Below, piece by piece: positions 19,108 to 30,478 of a stretch of 64,000 nt of DNA. The notes beneath the pieces were generated by a model that made no database searches, was not told the origin of the DNA, and saw only the letters and a program-made list of their open reading frames with translations. A program made the translations under genes and the position numbers. Positions within the stretch are counted from its first letter, which is position 1. Every line of letters starts with the position of its first letter. Source of the DNA: an uncultured Gemmatimonadales bacterium (GTDB lineage: Bacteria; Gemmatimonadota; Gemmatimonadetes; Gemmatimonadales; GWC2-71-9); NCBI GenBank assembly GCA_963828735.1, contig CAWHFW010000005.1, positions 2,400,001 through 2,464,000 of the forward strand. The letters are read 5' to 3'.

Positions 19108-22100
19108 TCAGCGACGATGCGAGGCGCTGGCGGCCACGAGGCGGGCCAGCGCGGCACGATCGCGGGAGGACAGGTCGAGGTGCCTGGCCGCGAGATCATC
19201 GAGCTCCTCCTGCGCCAGAGTGCCATCGCGGCCCGACCGCGCGGCGGCCAGGAGCGCGTCGTCGGTGAGCACCGCTGGGGGCAACGGCAGCCGGCTCACC
19301 ACGGCCGCCGTGAACCGGTGGAAGCCACCTGAGGCGGGCACCGCACCGACCCGGGCAATGGCGCGCACCCAGGTCGAGTTGAGCCAAGTGGCGAGACGCT
19401 CCGCCTCCGCCTCTGTGTTGGTGGGCGCGACGTAGCAGGTGTTGAGAGGGATGTGATCGGCGTGATGCTCGCCCGTGAGCGCGCACGCGGTCAGTCGGCG
19501 GGCAAGGTCGGCCCAGATGAGGCGGTGGCGCGCCGACGCGGCCGTGGTGCGGAAGAGCGTCCAGGATGGTGGGCCGGCATAGTCCGCGCGGGCGCGAAGG
19601 ACAGACTCGTGCGAGCGGACATGTGCGGCCGCGCCGGCCGGGAGCCGCTGGAGCGGCGACCCGTCGGGTGCGTGGGTCCAGAGCAGGCGTCGCCTCGGAT
19701 GGGCCTGAAAGGGTCGCACGTCGCGCCCCCGGACGGCCCATCGTACGAGCCACGGCTCGACGGTGTCCGGCGGATCGACGAATACGCGGTTGGCGCCGGT
19801 CTTCACGCCGAGCTGGCAAGTGAGCCGGTCGCCGAGCGTCGGGTGCGCGCGCAGCAAGCGGGCGATCACGTCCCGGGCCCGGTCCGCGGCAAGGATCCAC
19901 GGCCCCCCGCCGCGAAGTCGCGCCTGCAGATACGCCGGGCCCTTGGGTGCCGCGCAATGTCGCGCGCACGCGGTGCCCGGCGCCGGGGCGCACGTTGCGG
20001 GTGATGAGCGCGAGCGGATAGACGGTCGCGTCGAAGGCGACGTCCGGGCGTCCCGTCAGGTCCGCCACCCGGAGCAGCGTGGTCGTCGAGGCGAGACCGT
20101 GCCGAGCCGCGGCGCCGTACTCGGCGGTCGCGAGTTTGGCCGGTACCAGCAGGGCGACCACGCCGCCGGGCGCGGCGAGCTCGAGCGCGCGTTCGACGAA
20201 CGCAACCGCCAGATCGGGACGGTGGCCGAACGCGATGCCCGCGCCCCGCCACCAGCGGTAGCGACCCGCCAACCATCGCCGCATTTCCGTGGGGATTTCC
20301 TCCGCACGGAGCCACGGCGGGTTTCCGACGATGAGATCAAAGCCGCCTCCGGCGAACACGTCCGCGAAGTGGCTTTGGTAGTGGAACCAGGGCACCTCGC
20401 GCTCCCGGACGATGCTGCGCCGCGCGCCCCGAATGGCACTGAGCCCCGCGCGCGCCTCTGCGAGCGGCGCGCGGAGCTCCCGCTCGGTGCGGCGGCGCTC
20501 GCCGAACAGGTCCACGCTCCGCGCGGTTTCGAGCAACTCGTGGATGCGAGCGCGGGCCGACTCTTCCGCCGCGCGGAACGCGGTGTCCGCCGCGCGACAT
20601 TCGGCCGTCCGAAGGTGCCGCACGAGCCCGCGCTTGCGGGCGCCGGTGGCCGTGACGAGCTCGCGCCGGAGGGCGGCCACGGTGGCCGCAACACCCGGGT
20701 CGATCCCGTGCGCTCCGGCTGCCATGCCCGCGGGTTCGAGCAGACTGTCGCCTTGCCGTATGAGACAGTCGAGGTTGGGTAGCGGCTCGACCTCCTCCGG
20801 CCGCTCGGCGGAGTCGTCGGCGATCACGGCCAGCCAGAGCCGGAGCTCCGTGAGCCGGACGGCGGCGGCACTGCGGTCTACTCCGAACAGGTTCCGCTGG
20901 AGGATGCGGCGCCGGCACGCGCTTCGATCGGAGCCGGCGCGCGAGGCAACGGCGGAGAGGTGTTCGAGGGCGCCGAGGAGGAAGGCACCCGAGCCCGCCG
21001 CCGGATCGAGCAGCGTGACGCCTTCGAGCAGCGCTACCGCCTCAGGAGCCCCCTCGGCGAGCCGGTGCTCCGCGACCTCCTCGGACCATCGGGCGCGGCC
21101 GGCAACGAAGGCGATGAACGCCGCGTCCAGCATCGACCGCACTAGCGGCGCCGGCGTGTAGTAGGTCCCGGACGCGCGGCGCGCGTCCGGTGCCATGACG
21201 CCTTCGAACACCCGTCCCAGCATGTCCGGCGCGATGCCGCCGGAGCCGCCCGTTTCGGCGACGACGAAGTGATACCGCTCGAACAGCAGATCGAAGGCGT
21301 CGCGCCATACCGTGTTGGAGATGTCACCCCGGAGCGCGCGCTCGAGCGGGTGCGGCTCGAACAGGCCGCCGTTGAGAAACGGGATCCCGCCGAACAGACG
21401 GGTCCCGCGACTTCGCTCCACCATGGGACGATTCAGGGTGCCGAAGAAGAGCGGGCGCAGGAGATCACGGTGAATGCACCGCTTCCGTGCGAGGCAGGAG
21501 TCAACCGCATCGGCCAGGAAGCGCTCGCGCCCGCCCAGCCATCCCTTGGCCTGGATGAAGTAGAGGAACAGCACCCGGGTGAGCTGCAGGAGCGCGAGGC
21601 TCCTTCGATCGTCGCCGCGAAGGCGGGTGGGCAGAGCGGCGGACATCCGGTCGAGGGTGGCCTTGAACTCGCGAAAGAAGCGGCGCCCGACGGCCTCGCC
21701 GCTGAGCGCCTCGGCGACTCGGGCGGCAAAGGCCAGGACGCCCTCGTCGGCGCGCGACAATCGCACCACCGACGCGAGCGCGTCGGGCCGCGGACAGTCC
21801 AGATCTACGAGCAGGCTCGGATTGCGCCCGAACGCGACCGACAGGCCCAGTTGGCGGCGCTCGGTGTCCAGCGCGAGGACCCCGGCGGTTCGCCCGCGCG
21901 CAGCCAGCCGCCGCGCCACGCGACGCGCCAGCCGCTCCGGATCGGCCCCGGCCACGGCAAACCAGGCGAACGCTCCGTTGCGACCCACCGCCAGGGCCGT
22001 GCCCGGGTCCCGGTGCGTGGGGCGCGCAACCAGGCCAGGCACCGGCTCGTTCAGCGGCTCGTGTCCGAGCGCGGCCAGCACCGGCCGCAACGACTCCAGC

Positions 22101-22159
22101 GAGTCGACCCGGGCCAGGAGCGCGCCGAGGGTGGGGATCGTCCGGGAAGCCGTAGGCAC
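19108..22159 (-). CDS. Eco57I-like N6-adenine DNA methyltransferase, frameshifted near 19930
   Basis: IPFLNGGLF, GTYYTP, LDPAAGSGAFL, IVGNPPW; C-terminal TRD-like part (GVKTGANRVF, LNSTW) continues in the adjacent frame. Confidence 0.82.
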
Positions 22160-22264
22160 GGTGCAGCATGGGCCGCGAGGCCTGGCCTGCCGGCATCATT
22201 CTCCCGCGCCCGGGGACACCATCCTGCTGGACGACGAGGCAGGCGCCCACTTATCGTGCACGCT

Positions 22265-22936
22265 ATGACTCTCCCCATTCGAAGCCTCCTGGGCGGCGTG
22301 CTGACGCTGGGCGCTGCCGGCTCGGCGTTCGCGGGACGCTTGGACGCGCAGACCGCGGCTGCCGACAGCGGCACGTTCGTCATCCGTCATGCCGCCGATA
22401 CCATCGGCATCGAGCGGTTCGAGCGGACCGCCACCACGCTCAAAGGCACGCTGGCGCTCCGGAGCGCGAAGGGCACGGCTCAGGTATACGAGGCCGTCGT
22501 TGCTCCCGACGCGTCGGTCGCGCTCATCGAGGTGACGGTGCAGCAGACGCCGGACAGCGGGCAGACGAAGGGCAGGGTGGTGCAGCGGGCTCGGGTCATC
22601 TTCAAGGAGGACAGCGCCGCGGTGGACGACGTCACCAATCACGGACTGCAGACCCGGGTGTTCGGAACGGAGCGCGGTGCCGTTCCCTATCTCAACTTGT
22701 CTTTCGCGCTGCTGGAGCAGGCGATTCGCCGTTCCCGCGTGTCGAGGCTCGAGGTGCCGCTCTTCAATCTGGGCGGCGGGCAGACGGTGGACGGCAAGGT
22801 GTCACCGCTCGGCACGGACTCGCTGGCGCTCGCCATCGGGAGCGTCGAGTTCCATCTGCGCGTGGACGACGCCGGGCGGGTGCTCGGCGCGCGCATCCCG
22901 GCTCAGGAAGTGGTGGCGGAGCGAATCGGAAGCTGA
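22265..22936 (+). CDS. Secreted hypothetical protein
   Basis: Signal peptide MTLPIRSLLGGVLTLGAAGSAFA; beta-rich body; coding-like codon bias. Confidence 0.7.
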   Translation: MTLPIRSLLGGVLTLGAAGSAFAGRLDAQTAAADSGTFVIRHAADTIGIERFERTATTLKGTLALRSAKGTAQVYEAVVAPDASVALIEVTVQQTPDSGQTKGRVVQRARVIFKEDSAAVDDVTNHGLQTRVFGTERGAVPYLNLSFALLEQAIRRSRVSRLEVPLFNLGGGQTVDGKVSPLGTDSLALAIGSVEFHLRVDDAGRVLGARIPAQEVVAERIGS

Positions 22937-23010
22937 GTCACCCCGTCCGGGCCGGGATCTCCGGCTGGCAAGCGGCTCGTAGTGGCCAGCGATCGCGGCC
23001 GTGCCCGCAT

Positions 23011-24177
23011 CTACCTGTTGTCGACGCTGTCCCCGCCATCCCTGTAGACCCGACCCCGCCATTCCACCCGCCTGCCTCCCCGCCAGATCGACCGCGCGAC
23101 GATGTAGAGCGCCATTCCCGCGCCGACGGGAAACCCCGCCCCGTACGCGACCGGAATCCGCATGCCGAACGACACGAGCATCCAGAACACCGCCGACGCC
23201 GCCGTTGCGGCCAGGGCCGCCGGCGCGAGTCCGGCGACCTCTGCCCCGAACGCCTGGGCGAACAGCAGGCCCGGCGGGATCAGCCAGAACAGCAGGGCCG
23301 CGAGCAGCATGATGGGCACCAATGCCCGGCGAACCGGCTCGTCGGGAAACGAGCGCCGCCCGCCAAGGTAGACGTTCTTCGACCAGCCTTCCACCAGATG
23401 CGGCAGGCTGTGATACATCCGCGTCTCCATGAGCCGATCGGCGAAGGCGAAGTGAATCCGCCGGCCGTGTCGCAGGTAGACCTGGGCCAGCGCCAGGTCC
23501 TCGGCAACCTCGTGACGCACCGACGCGTGAGTGCCGACGGCGTCGTAGGCGTCCCGCCGGGTGAGAATGAATTGCCCGTTGGCGATCACGTCCCGCTCGC
23601 GGCGGGCGCGATTCACCCGCTTCGGATGGTAGCGCAGTGCGAGCAGCAGCCAGATCTGTGGCATGATGAGCCGCTCCCAGAACGTCACGCATCGCTGATG
23701 AGGCGCGACGGTGACGAGGTCGGCCGCCTCGCGCTCGAGCGCCCCGACCGCCCGACCCAGGAGATCCGGTTCGTGGCGCGTGTCCGCATCGGTGAAGAGC
23801 AGCAATCGACCGGTCGCGGCCACGGCCCCCTGGGCGCACGCCCACGGCTTTCCATACCATCCCTCCGGGAGCGGTCGGCCGGGCAGGAGCCGGACGCGCG
23901 GGTCCTCCACCGCAAAGCGCGCCACGATCGCGGCGGTGTCGTCGCTCGAGCGGTCGTCCACGACGATCACCTCGAACGGGTGGTAGCGCGAGGCGAGCAC
24001 CGAGCGCAGCACGGTCGCGATCGTCGCGGACTCGTTGCGGGCGGGAATGATCACCGAGACCGGCGTGCCGTCGACGGGGGGAACGTCGCTCAGGTTGGGA
24101 TGGGCGTCCGCGAGGCGAGCCAGGCTCGCGAACGGCGCGACCCATGGGAGGGCCGGGAGGAAGTCGGCTGGCGCCAC
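23011..24177 (-). CDS. Glycosyltransferase family 2 (HpnB/CrtQ-like)
   Basis: IIPARNE, VDDRSSD, GWYGKPWA, FTDAD, AEDLAL, C-terminal TMs, WRGR. Confidence 0.88.
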   Translation of the reverse strand: MAPADFLPALPWVAPFASLARLADAHPNLSDVPPVDGTPVSVIIPARNESATIATVLRSVLASRYHPFEVIVVDDRSSDDTAAIVARFAVEDPRVRLLPGRPLPEGWYGKPWACAQGAVAATGRLLLFTDADTRHEPDLLGRAVGALEREAADLVTVAPHQRCVTFWERLIMPQIWLLLALRYHPKRVNRARRERDVIANGQFILTRRDAYDAVGTHASVRHEVAEDLALAQVYLRHGRRIHFAFADRLMETRMYHSLPHLVEGWSKNVYLGGRRSFPDEPVRRALVPIMLLAALLFWLIPPGLLFAQAFGAEVAGLAPAALAATAASAVFWMLVSFGMRIPVAYGAGFPVGAGMALYIVARSIWRGGRRVEWRGRVYRDGGDSVDNR

Positions 24178-24187
24178 GGGCTGGCGG

Positions 24188-24751
24188 CTAGCGCTCCTGC
24201 TGCTTGATCACCCCGTGAAGCTGCTGCTCGATCCCGTCGAGCTGGCGCTCGACGTCGCCTGCGTCGTACTCGGTCGCGAAGGCCGGCACGCCGTTCTGCG
24301 CAAACAGCGTGGCTACCAGGGCGTCGGTGTATCCCACGACGGCGACCGCGATACCCTTGTCGATGACGCGGTTCAGGCGGAGCATGATCGCCATGCCCTG
24401 GCGGGCGCGCATGGCCGCGAGCACCGGCGCGAGATTGCGGATGAGCATCTCGCGGAGGAACTGGAGCTCTTCGACCACTTCGCCCGCGGCCAGTCCGCGC
24501 GTGGCGGCGATCCGGCCGTAGTGCTCGCAGGCGTGCAGCCAGACGGGACCGACTTCCCGGCGGAGCGGCCCCACCATCTCGCTGATGATATCGAGGAGGA
24601 TGCGGAACTCCCGTTCGACGAGAGCCCGCGGTATCGTGGGAGCGGCGGTAATGCGGTCGCCGAGCCAATCGGCCCATTGGAAGACCATCTGGTCCCGCAA
24701 TTCGGCGATGACACGGCCAGCAGCGAGCAGCGCGGGCTGCGAAGCACGCAC
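24188..24751 (-). CDS. Hypothetical helical protein (RsbRD-N-like)
   Basis: HYGRIAATRGLAAGEVVEELQFLRE pattern. Confidence 0.65.
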   Translation of the reverse strand: MRASQPALLAAGRVIAELRDQMVFQWADWLGDRITAAPTIPRALVEREFRILLDIISEMVGPLRREVGPVWLHACEHYGRIAATRGLAAGEVVEELQFLREMLIRNLAPVLAAMRARQGMAIMLRLNRVIDKGIAVAVVGYTDALVATLFAQNGVPAFATEYDAGDVERQLDGIEQQLHGVIKQQER

Positions 24752-24801
24752 GAGACCGTCCTCCCTGACAAAGGTTGCGGCAATCTAACCGTGGAGCGTT
24801 G

Positions 24802-25764
24802 ATGGGGTCAAAACCATTCGTTCGACCGCCGCGACTTGATCGCGGAAGTCGCGTCGCGCTCGTGGCGCCGGCCGGCCCCCTGCTGGAGGAGGACGATATA
24901 GCACGCGCCGAGGCGCTGTGCCGTGCGCTGGATTACGAACCGGTCCTCGGCGCCCACGTGCGCGGTCACTTCGGGTACTTCTCCGGCACGGACGACGAGC
25001 GTCTGGCCGACCTCAACGCCGCGTTTCGTGATCCCGGCATCGACGCAATTTGGTGCATCCGCGGCGGGTACGGCATGACCCGCATCCTGGACGGGGTGGA
25101 CTTCGAGGCGCTCGCGCGACGGCCTCGTCCCATCCTCGGCTACTCGGACATCACGGCCCTGCTGGCCGGTGTCGTCCGCCGGGCGGGCATGGTGGCCTTC
25201 CATGCGCCGACCGCTCGCTCGCAGATGCCCGCGTTCACCCGGCGCCACTTCGCGAAGGTCCTCACCGTACCCGAGCCCCCGGGAGTGCTCGAGCCGTTGC
25301 CGATCCCGTCGGACGTGCTCGTGCCTCGAGCCGATCGAGTCGTCGCCATGCGCGGCGGCAGGGCGGAGGGACCGCTCATCGGCGGCAATCTGACGCTGCT
25401 CCAGTGCCTCATCGGCACGCCGTATTTTCCCGATCTGGACGGCGCGCTGCTCTTCCTCGAAGATGTAAACGAGGATCTCTATCGGATCGATCGGATGCTT
25501 GCACACCTGCGCGCGGTCGATGCGCTCGCGCGCCTCCGGGGCGTGCTGGTCGGGCGGTTCACCAGGCTCAAGCGCCACATCGAAGACGGCGCGTTCGGCG
25601 TGGACCAGGTGCTCGCGCACTACTTCGGGCCCCTCGGCGTGCCGGTGCTTCACGGGCTGCCCATCGGGCACATCGACGACCAGTGGACCCTGCCGCTCGG
25701 CGTGCGGGCCCGGATGGACGCGGATGCCGGCACGGTGGAGCTGCTCGAGGCGGCGGTCGCTTGA
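24802..25764 (+). CDS. ldcA: LD-carboxypeptidase (peptidase S66)
   Basis: RGGYG, GYSDIT, GGNL, FLEDVNE, IGH. Confidence 0.9.
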   Translation: MGSKPFVRPPRLDRGSRVALVAPAGPLLEEDDIARAEALCRALDYEPVLGAHVRGHFGYFSGTDDERLADLNAAFRDPGIDAIWCIRGGYGMTRILDGVDFEALARRPRPILGYSDITALLAGVVRRAGMVAFHAPTARSQMPAFTRRHFAKVLTVPEPPGVLEPLPIPSDVLVPRADRVVAMRGGRAEGPLIGGNLTLLQCLIGTPYFPDLDGALLFLEDVNEDLYRIDRMLAHLRAVDALARLRGVLVGRFTRLKRHIEDGAFGVDQVLAHYFGPLGVPVLHGLPIGHIDDQWTLPLGVRARMDADAGTVELLEAAVA

Positions 25765-25824
25765 CCCGGGGGGCCCGGACGCCCGGCTGCGTTCCCGGCG
25801 CCTCACCAGTCGTTAACTTTCGAC

Positions 25825-26655
25825 ATGGCTACCCCCACCCTGACCCGCCATCGCCTGCCCGGCGTTCTGGGCGAGATTCTGATCGACGCGCGTGCGGGCG
25901 GCCGCGAGTCGCCGCGCCCCGCTGTCGTCGTCATCCACGGATTCAAAGGATTCAAGGACTGGGGCTTATGGCCCAACCTCGGCGAGCGGATGGCGCGCGC
26001 CGGATTCTCTGCCATCACCTTCAACCTGAGCGGAAGCGGCGTGGACGATACCGGGGAGTTCGTCTATCCGGAGCGGTTCGGCCACAACACGTTCTCCGCG
26101 GAATTGCAAGACGTGCGCCGGGTGGTGGACGCGCTCGCCGCCGGTGAACTCGGCGTCGCGCCGCCCACCCGGCTGGGGTTGCTGGGACACTCCCGAGGGG
26201 GGGGCATAGCGGTGCTTCAGGCGGCGGCCGATCGCCGAGTCCGCGCGCTCGTGACCTGGGCCGCGATCTGGACGGTGGACCGCTGGCCGACGGCGCAGCG
26301 CACGGCGTGGCGCGCCGCGGGGGTGAACGAAGTGAAGAACACTCGCACCGGCCAGATCCTGCCCCAGTATCCGGACGTGCTCGATGACATCGAGCGGAAC
26401 GCAGCGGCGCTGGACATCCCGGGGGCCGCCCGCGCGATCGCGGTACCGTGGCTCATCGTTCACGGCACCGACGACGAGGCCGTGCCGCTCAGTGAGGGCG
26501 AGCGCCTCTCCGCGGCGGCGCCCGGGGCGCGCTTCCTCGCGATCGCGGGCGCCGGTCATACGTTCGGCGCGGCGCACCCGTGGCGCGGTTCCACGCCCGA
26601 GCTTCAGCAGGTCGAGGACGCGACGCTCGCCTTCTTCGCCGGGGAGCTGCGCTAG
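25825..26655 (+). CDS. Alpha/beta hydrolase
   Basis: HGFKGFKDWG, GHSRGG, HGTDD, GHTF. Confidence 0.88.
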   Translation: MATPTLTRHRLPGVLGEILIDARAGGRESPRPAVVVIHGFKGFKDWGLWPNLGERMARAGFSAITFNLSGSGVDDTGEFVYPERFGHNTFSAELQDVRRVVDALAAGELGVAPPTRLGLLGHSRGGGIAVLQAAADRRVRALVTWAAIWTVDRWPTAQRTAWRAAGVNEVKNTRTGQILPQYPDVLDDIERNAAALDIPGAARAIAVPWLIVHGTDDEAVPLSEGERLSAAAPGARFLAIAGAGHTFGAAHPWRGSTPELQQVEDATLAFFAGELR

Positions 26656-26657
26656 AC

Positions 26658-27539
26658 GTGCCGGCCAGGCGCTCCCTCCCGGGCCTGAGCGGTCGCGTCT
26701 GCGTGATCACGGGTGCGACCCGGGGCATCGGGCGCGCGGCAGCCGACCGTCTTACGGCCCTCGATGCACGCCTCGTGCTGCTCTGTCGGCGCCTGGCCGA
26801 TGGCGAGCGAGTCGCCACGGAGCTGCAACAGGCGCACCGCGCGCCGCGCGCGGACGTCGTCGTCGTCGATCTTTCCTCGCTGCAATCCATCCGAGAAGCG
26901 GCCGAGACCGTGCGCGCGCGGCATCCGGCGATTCACGCGCTGATCAACAACGCGGGCGTTATCCCCCGGCAGCGGCAGGTCTCGCTCGACGGCTTCGAGA
27001 TGCAGTTCGCGGTCAATCATCTCGCGTATTTCGCGCTCACCAATCTGCTGCTCGACCGGGTGACGGCCGCGGCGCCGTCCCGGGTCGTGAACGTCTCATC
27101 CGGCGCCCATCAGGGCGGGACCCTCGACTTCAACGATCTCCAGAGCGAGCGGCGCTACGACCCCGTGCGGGTGTACGGGCGCACCAAGCTGGCCAACGTG
27201 CTGTTCACTTACGAGCTTGCCCGCCGCGTCCGGTCGACGGGCGTGACGGTGAACTGCCTGCATCCGGGCGTCATCGCCACGCAGCTGCTGGCCGACTACA
27301 TGAACGTGCCGCTCGTCGAGGACGCGATCGCGCTCACCCTGGGCGCCGATGCCACCGAGGGGGCCGAGACCATCGTGTACCTTGCCGCGTCGCCCGAGGT
27401 CGAGGGCGTGACCGGGCGTTACTTCGTGGGCCGCCACGAGGCCCGATCCTCCCCGGCCTCCTATGACGAGAGCCTGCAGGGGCGACTTTGGGAGGAGAGC
27501 GCCAGGCTCACCTCGCTCGCGGGCGCACCCACACCTTGA
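26658..27539 (+). CDS. Short-chain dehydrogenase/reductase (retinol-DH-like)
   Basis: TGATRGIG, NNAG, YGRTK, HPGVIAT. Confidence 0.9.
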   Translation: MPARRSLPGLSGRVCVITGATRGIGRAAADRLTALDARLVLLCRRLADGERVATELQQAHRAPRADVVVVDLSSLQSIREAAETVRARHPAIHALINNAGVIPRQRQVSLDGFEMQFAVNHLAYFALTNLLLDRVTAAAPSRVVNVSSGAHQGGTLDFNDLQSERRYDPVRVYGRTKLANVLFTYELARRVRSTGVTVNCLHPGVIATQLLADYMNVPLVEDAIALTLGADATEGAETIVYLAASPEVEGVTGRYFVGRHEARSSPASYDESLQGRLWEESARLTSLAGAPTP

Positions 27540-27569
27540 CCGTCCGCGCTTGCGCGGCGAATCTCCGGC

Positions 27570-27797
27570 ATGCCCATCTACAACTATCGTTGCTCCGCCT
27601 GTGGCGCCGAGTTCGAACGGCTGGTCCGCTCCGACACGAAGGTGACGTGCCCCGCCTGCGATGGCCGGAAGCTCGAGCGGCTCATGTCGCTCACTGCTCG
27701 CCCGGCCGGTGCCGCCGCTACAGCCGACTATAGCCGCCTGGGCCCGCCCCCGGGCGGCGGCTGCTGCGGCGGCGGATGTCACTCGCACAACCACTGA
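27570..27797 (+). CDS. FmdB family zinc-ribbon protein
   Basis: MPIYNYRCSACG...CPAC, C-terminal CCGGGC. Confidence 0.88.
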   Translation: MPIYNYRCSACGAEFERLVRSDTKVTCPACDGRKLERLMSLTARPAGAAATADYSRLGPPPGGGCCGGGCHSHNH

Positions 27798-28366
27798 GCC
27801 TTCGGCTCGCTCGGCTGCGTGATCGGCTGGCCGGCCACCTGCCAGCCACCGACGACGGCGACGATGGCCTGATCTGGGCAGCCGTCGCCGTCGTGCTGGT
27901 GCCTTCCCCGGATGCCGTCCTTCTCATTCATCGCGCCGTGCGCGAGGGCGATCCATGGTCCGGCCACGTGGCGCTCCCCGGCGGACGCCGTGAACCCGAG
28001 GATCCCGACCTCGTGGAGACGGCCATTCGCGAGACGTTCGAGGAGGTCGGCCTGACGCTCGCGCGCGCGGATCTGCTGGGCGGCCTCGACGACGTGGTGC
28101 CCCGGACGCCCGTCCTGCCTCCCATCGCCGTCCGACCCTTCGTCTTCTATGTGCCCGGCCGCCCGGCCCTCACGCTCAGCCCCGAGGTGGCCGGCGTGCA
28201 CTGGGTACACCTCGACCATCTGCTGCACCCCGAGACCTACCACTCCGCTCGCTTGGAGATTCGCGGCGAGCCCCGCGACTTCCCGGCCTATCGGGTCGAG
28301 GAATCCATCGTCTGGGGCATGACCGAGCGGATCCTCACGGCCCTCCTCGATCAGGTACGGCAGTAG
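27776..28366 (+). CDS. Nudix CoA pyrophosphatase
   Basis: HVALPGGRRE...TAIRETFEEVG, IVWGMT. Confidence 0.88.
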   Translation: MSLAQPLSLRLARLRDRLAGHLPATDDGDDGLIWAAVAVVLVPSPDAVLLIHRAVREGDPWSGHVALPGGRREPEDPDLVETAIRETFEEVGLTLARADLLGGLDDVVPRTPVLPPIAVRPFVFYVPGRPALTLSPEVAGVHWVHLDHLLHPETYHSARLEIRGEPRDFPAYRVEESIVWGMTERILTALLDQVRQ

Positions 28367-28381
28367 GCGCGTTTGGGGTCG

Positions 28382-28423
28382 TTGACATTTGCTTTGCCTC
28401 AGCGCATTATTAGCCATGCCTAA
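28382..28423 (+). promoter_or_regulatory. Sigma70 promoter with overlapping MntR/DtxR-type operator
   Basis: TTGACA (28382)-N17-CATTAT (28405); near-palindrome TTAGCCATGCCTAA (28410-28423). Confidence 0.7.
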
Positions 28424-28436
28424 ATCAGAGTTTCGT

Positions 28437-29123
28437 ATGCACACAACTACTGCCGCCGATGCGCTCACCCGTTCGGTCGAGGATTATCTCAAGGCCATCT
28501 ACCGGCTTAGCCCCGAAGGCCGGCCTGCGTCCACGAGCGACATCGCCCACCTGCTCGAGCTCTCCGCGCCTTCCGTCAGCGGGATGGTGAAGCGGCTGTC
28601 CGAGCTCGGCCTGCTCGAGCACATTCCGTACAAGGGTGTCCAGCTGACGGATGCCGGCCGCTTTGCGGCGCTGCGCATGGTGCGCCGCCACCGGCTGATC
28701 GAGGCCTACCTCGTCCAGTTCCTCGGATACAGCTGGGATACCGTGCACGCGGAGGCCGAGCGGCTGGAGCACGCCGTTTCAGACACGCTGGTCGAGCGGA
28801 TGGCGGCCGCGCTCGGGCACCCGGTCGTGGATCCTCATGGCGACCCGATCCCGAATGCCGACGGTTCCATCCACGAGCTCGCGTCCACGCCCCTGGCCGA
28901 CGTGCCGGTCGGCGAGACGGTCGAGATCCGCCGGGTGGACGAGCGGGAGCCCGAGCGGCTTCGCTATCTGGCGACGCTCGGCCTCGTGCCGGGAGTCGTG
29001 CTGACGCTACGCGACCGCCAGCCGTTCGGCGGCCCCGTCACGGTCGAGTCGGCTGGTGAGCAGCACGTCATCGGAGCCGAGCTCGCGCAGGTGGTGTTGG
29101 TGGGCGTGGAGGACGAGCGATGA
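28437..29123 (+). CDS. mntR: DtxR/MntR metal-dependent regulator with FeoA domain
   Basis: [33 protein letters not shown]. Confidence 0.92.
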   Translation: MHTTTAADALTRSVEDYLKAIYRLSPEGRPASTSDIAHLLELSAPSVSGMVKRLSELGLLEHIPYKGVQLTDAGRFAALRMVRRHRLIEAYLVQFLGYSWDTVHAEAERLEHAVSDTLVERMAAALGHPVVDPHGDPIPNADGSIHELASTPLADVPVGETVEIRRVDEREPERLRYLATLGLVPGVVLTLRDRQPFGGPVTVESAGEQHVIGAELAQVVLVGVEDER

Positions 29124-30478
29124 GCGCTGCGTCGACCTCGCCCGTCGAGGAGCTTGGCGGTTGGCGGTATCCTCGAACGCTGCCGAGCCTGCCCGAGTCG
29201 CATCACAGCGTCCTCGTTCCTCGCGGCGTGTCGTTCTGGCGAAAGGCGCTGGCCTTCGCCGGGCCCGGGTACATGGTGGCCGTGGGCTACATGGATCCAG
29301 GCAACTGGGCCACGGATCTCGCCGGAGGCGCGCGCTTCGGCTACACGCTTCTCAGCGTCATCCTGATCTCGAACCTGATGGCGATCCTGCTGCAGGCGCT
29401 CGCCCTCAAGCTGGGGATCGTGACGGGCCGCGATCTCGCGCAGGCCTGCCGCGATCACTACCCTCGCCCGGTGAGCTTCGTGCTCTGGGTGCTGTGCGAG
29501 ATCGCGATCGCCGCGTGCGACCTTGCCGAGGTCATCGGCTCGGCCATCGCGCTCAACCTGCTGTTCGACATTCCGCTCGTCTGGGGCGTGTGCCTCACGG
29601 CGCTCGACGTGCTGCTGATCCTGCTGCTTCAGCACAAGGGCTTCCGCTACCTCGAGGCCGTCGTCATCGCGCTGGTGGCCACCATCGGGGTCTGCTTCGC
29701 CGTGGAGCTCGTGATGGCGCGCCCGGCCATCGCCGAGGTGATGTCCGGACTGCTGCCACGTACCGAGATCGTGAGCAATCCGGCGATGCTCTATATCGCC
29801 ATCGGCATCCTGGGCGCCACCGTGATGCCCCACAACCTGTATCTCCATTCCTCGATCGTGCAGACGCGGAAGGTGCTGCCCGACGCGGCGTCGAAGCGCG
29901 AGGCCGTCCGCTTCGCCACGCTCGATTCCACCGTGGCGCTCCTGTTCGCGTTCTTCATCAACGCGGCCATCCTGATTCTCGCGGCTGCGACGTTCAACCG
30001 GACCGGTCACCAGAACGTGGCCGACATCGGCGACGCCTATCGCCTCCTCGCCCCGCTCCTCGGCACGACCGCCGCGAGCACGCTGTTCGCGGTGGCCCTG
30101 CTCGCCTCCGGGCAGAACTCAACCATCACGGGGACACTGGCCGGCCAGATTGTCATGGAGGGCTTCCTCAACATCCGGCTGCCCGCCTGGCTTCGCCGTC
30201 TCATCACCCGACTCATCGCGATCATACCTGCCGTGATCGTCACCGCCCTGTACGGCGAGCATGGCGCGGGGTCGCTTCTCATCCTGAGCCAGGTCATTCT
30301 GAGCCTTCAGCTCTCCTTCGCCGTGGTTCCGTTGGTGTACTTTACCGGCCAGCGAAGGAAGATGGGCGACTTCGTCAACTCCCCTTGGCTCGCGGGCCTG
30401 GCCTGGACCGTTGCCATCGTCATCATGGGCCTCAACGCCTGGCTCCTCATCGGGACGTTCCGCAACTGGCTCGCGTGA
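29120..30478 (+). CDS. mntH: Nramp divalent metal transporter
   Basis: [19 protein letters not shown]. Confidence 0.95.
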   Translation: MSAASTSPVEELGGWRYPRTLPSLPESHHSVLVPRGVSFWRKALAFAGPGYMVAVGYMDPGNWATDLAGGARFGYTLLSVILISNLMAILLQALALKLGIVTGRDLAQACRDHYPRPVSFVLWVLCEIAIAACDLAEVIGSAIALNLLFDIPLVWGVCLTALDVLLILLLQHKGFRYLEAVVIALVATIGVCFAVELVMARPAIAEVMSGLLPRTEIVSNPAMLYIAIGILGATVMPHNLYLHSSIVQTRKVLPDAASKREAVRFATLDSTVALLFAFFINAAILILAAATFNRTGHQNVADIGDAYRLLAPLLGTTAASTLFAVALLASGQNSTITGTLAGQIVMEGFLNIRLPAWLRRLITRLIAIIPAVIVTALYGEHGAGSLLILSQVILSLQLSFAVVPLVYFTGQRRKMGDFVNSPWLAGLAWTVAIVIMGLNAWLLIGTFRNWLA

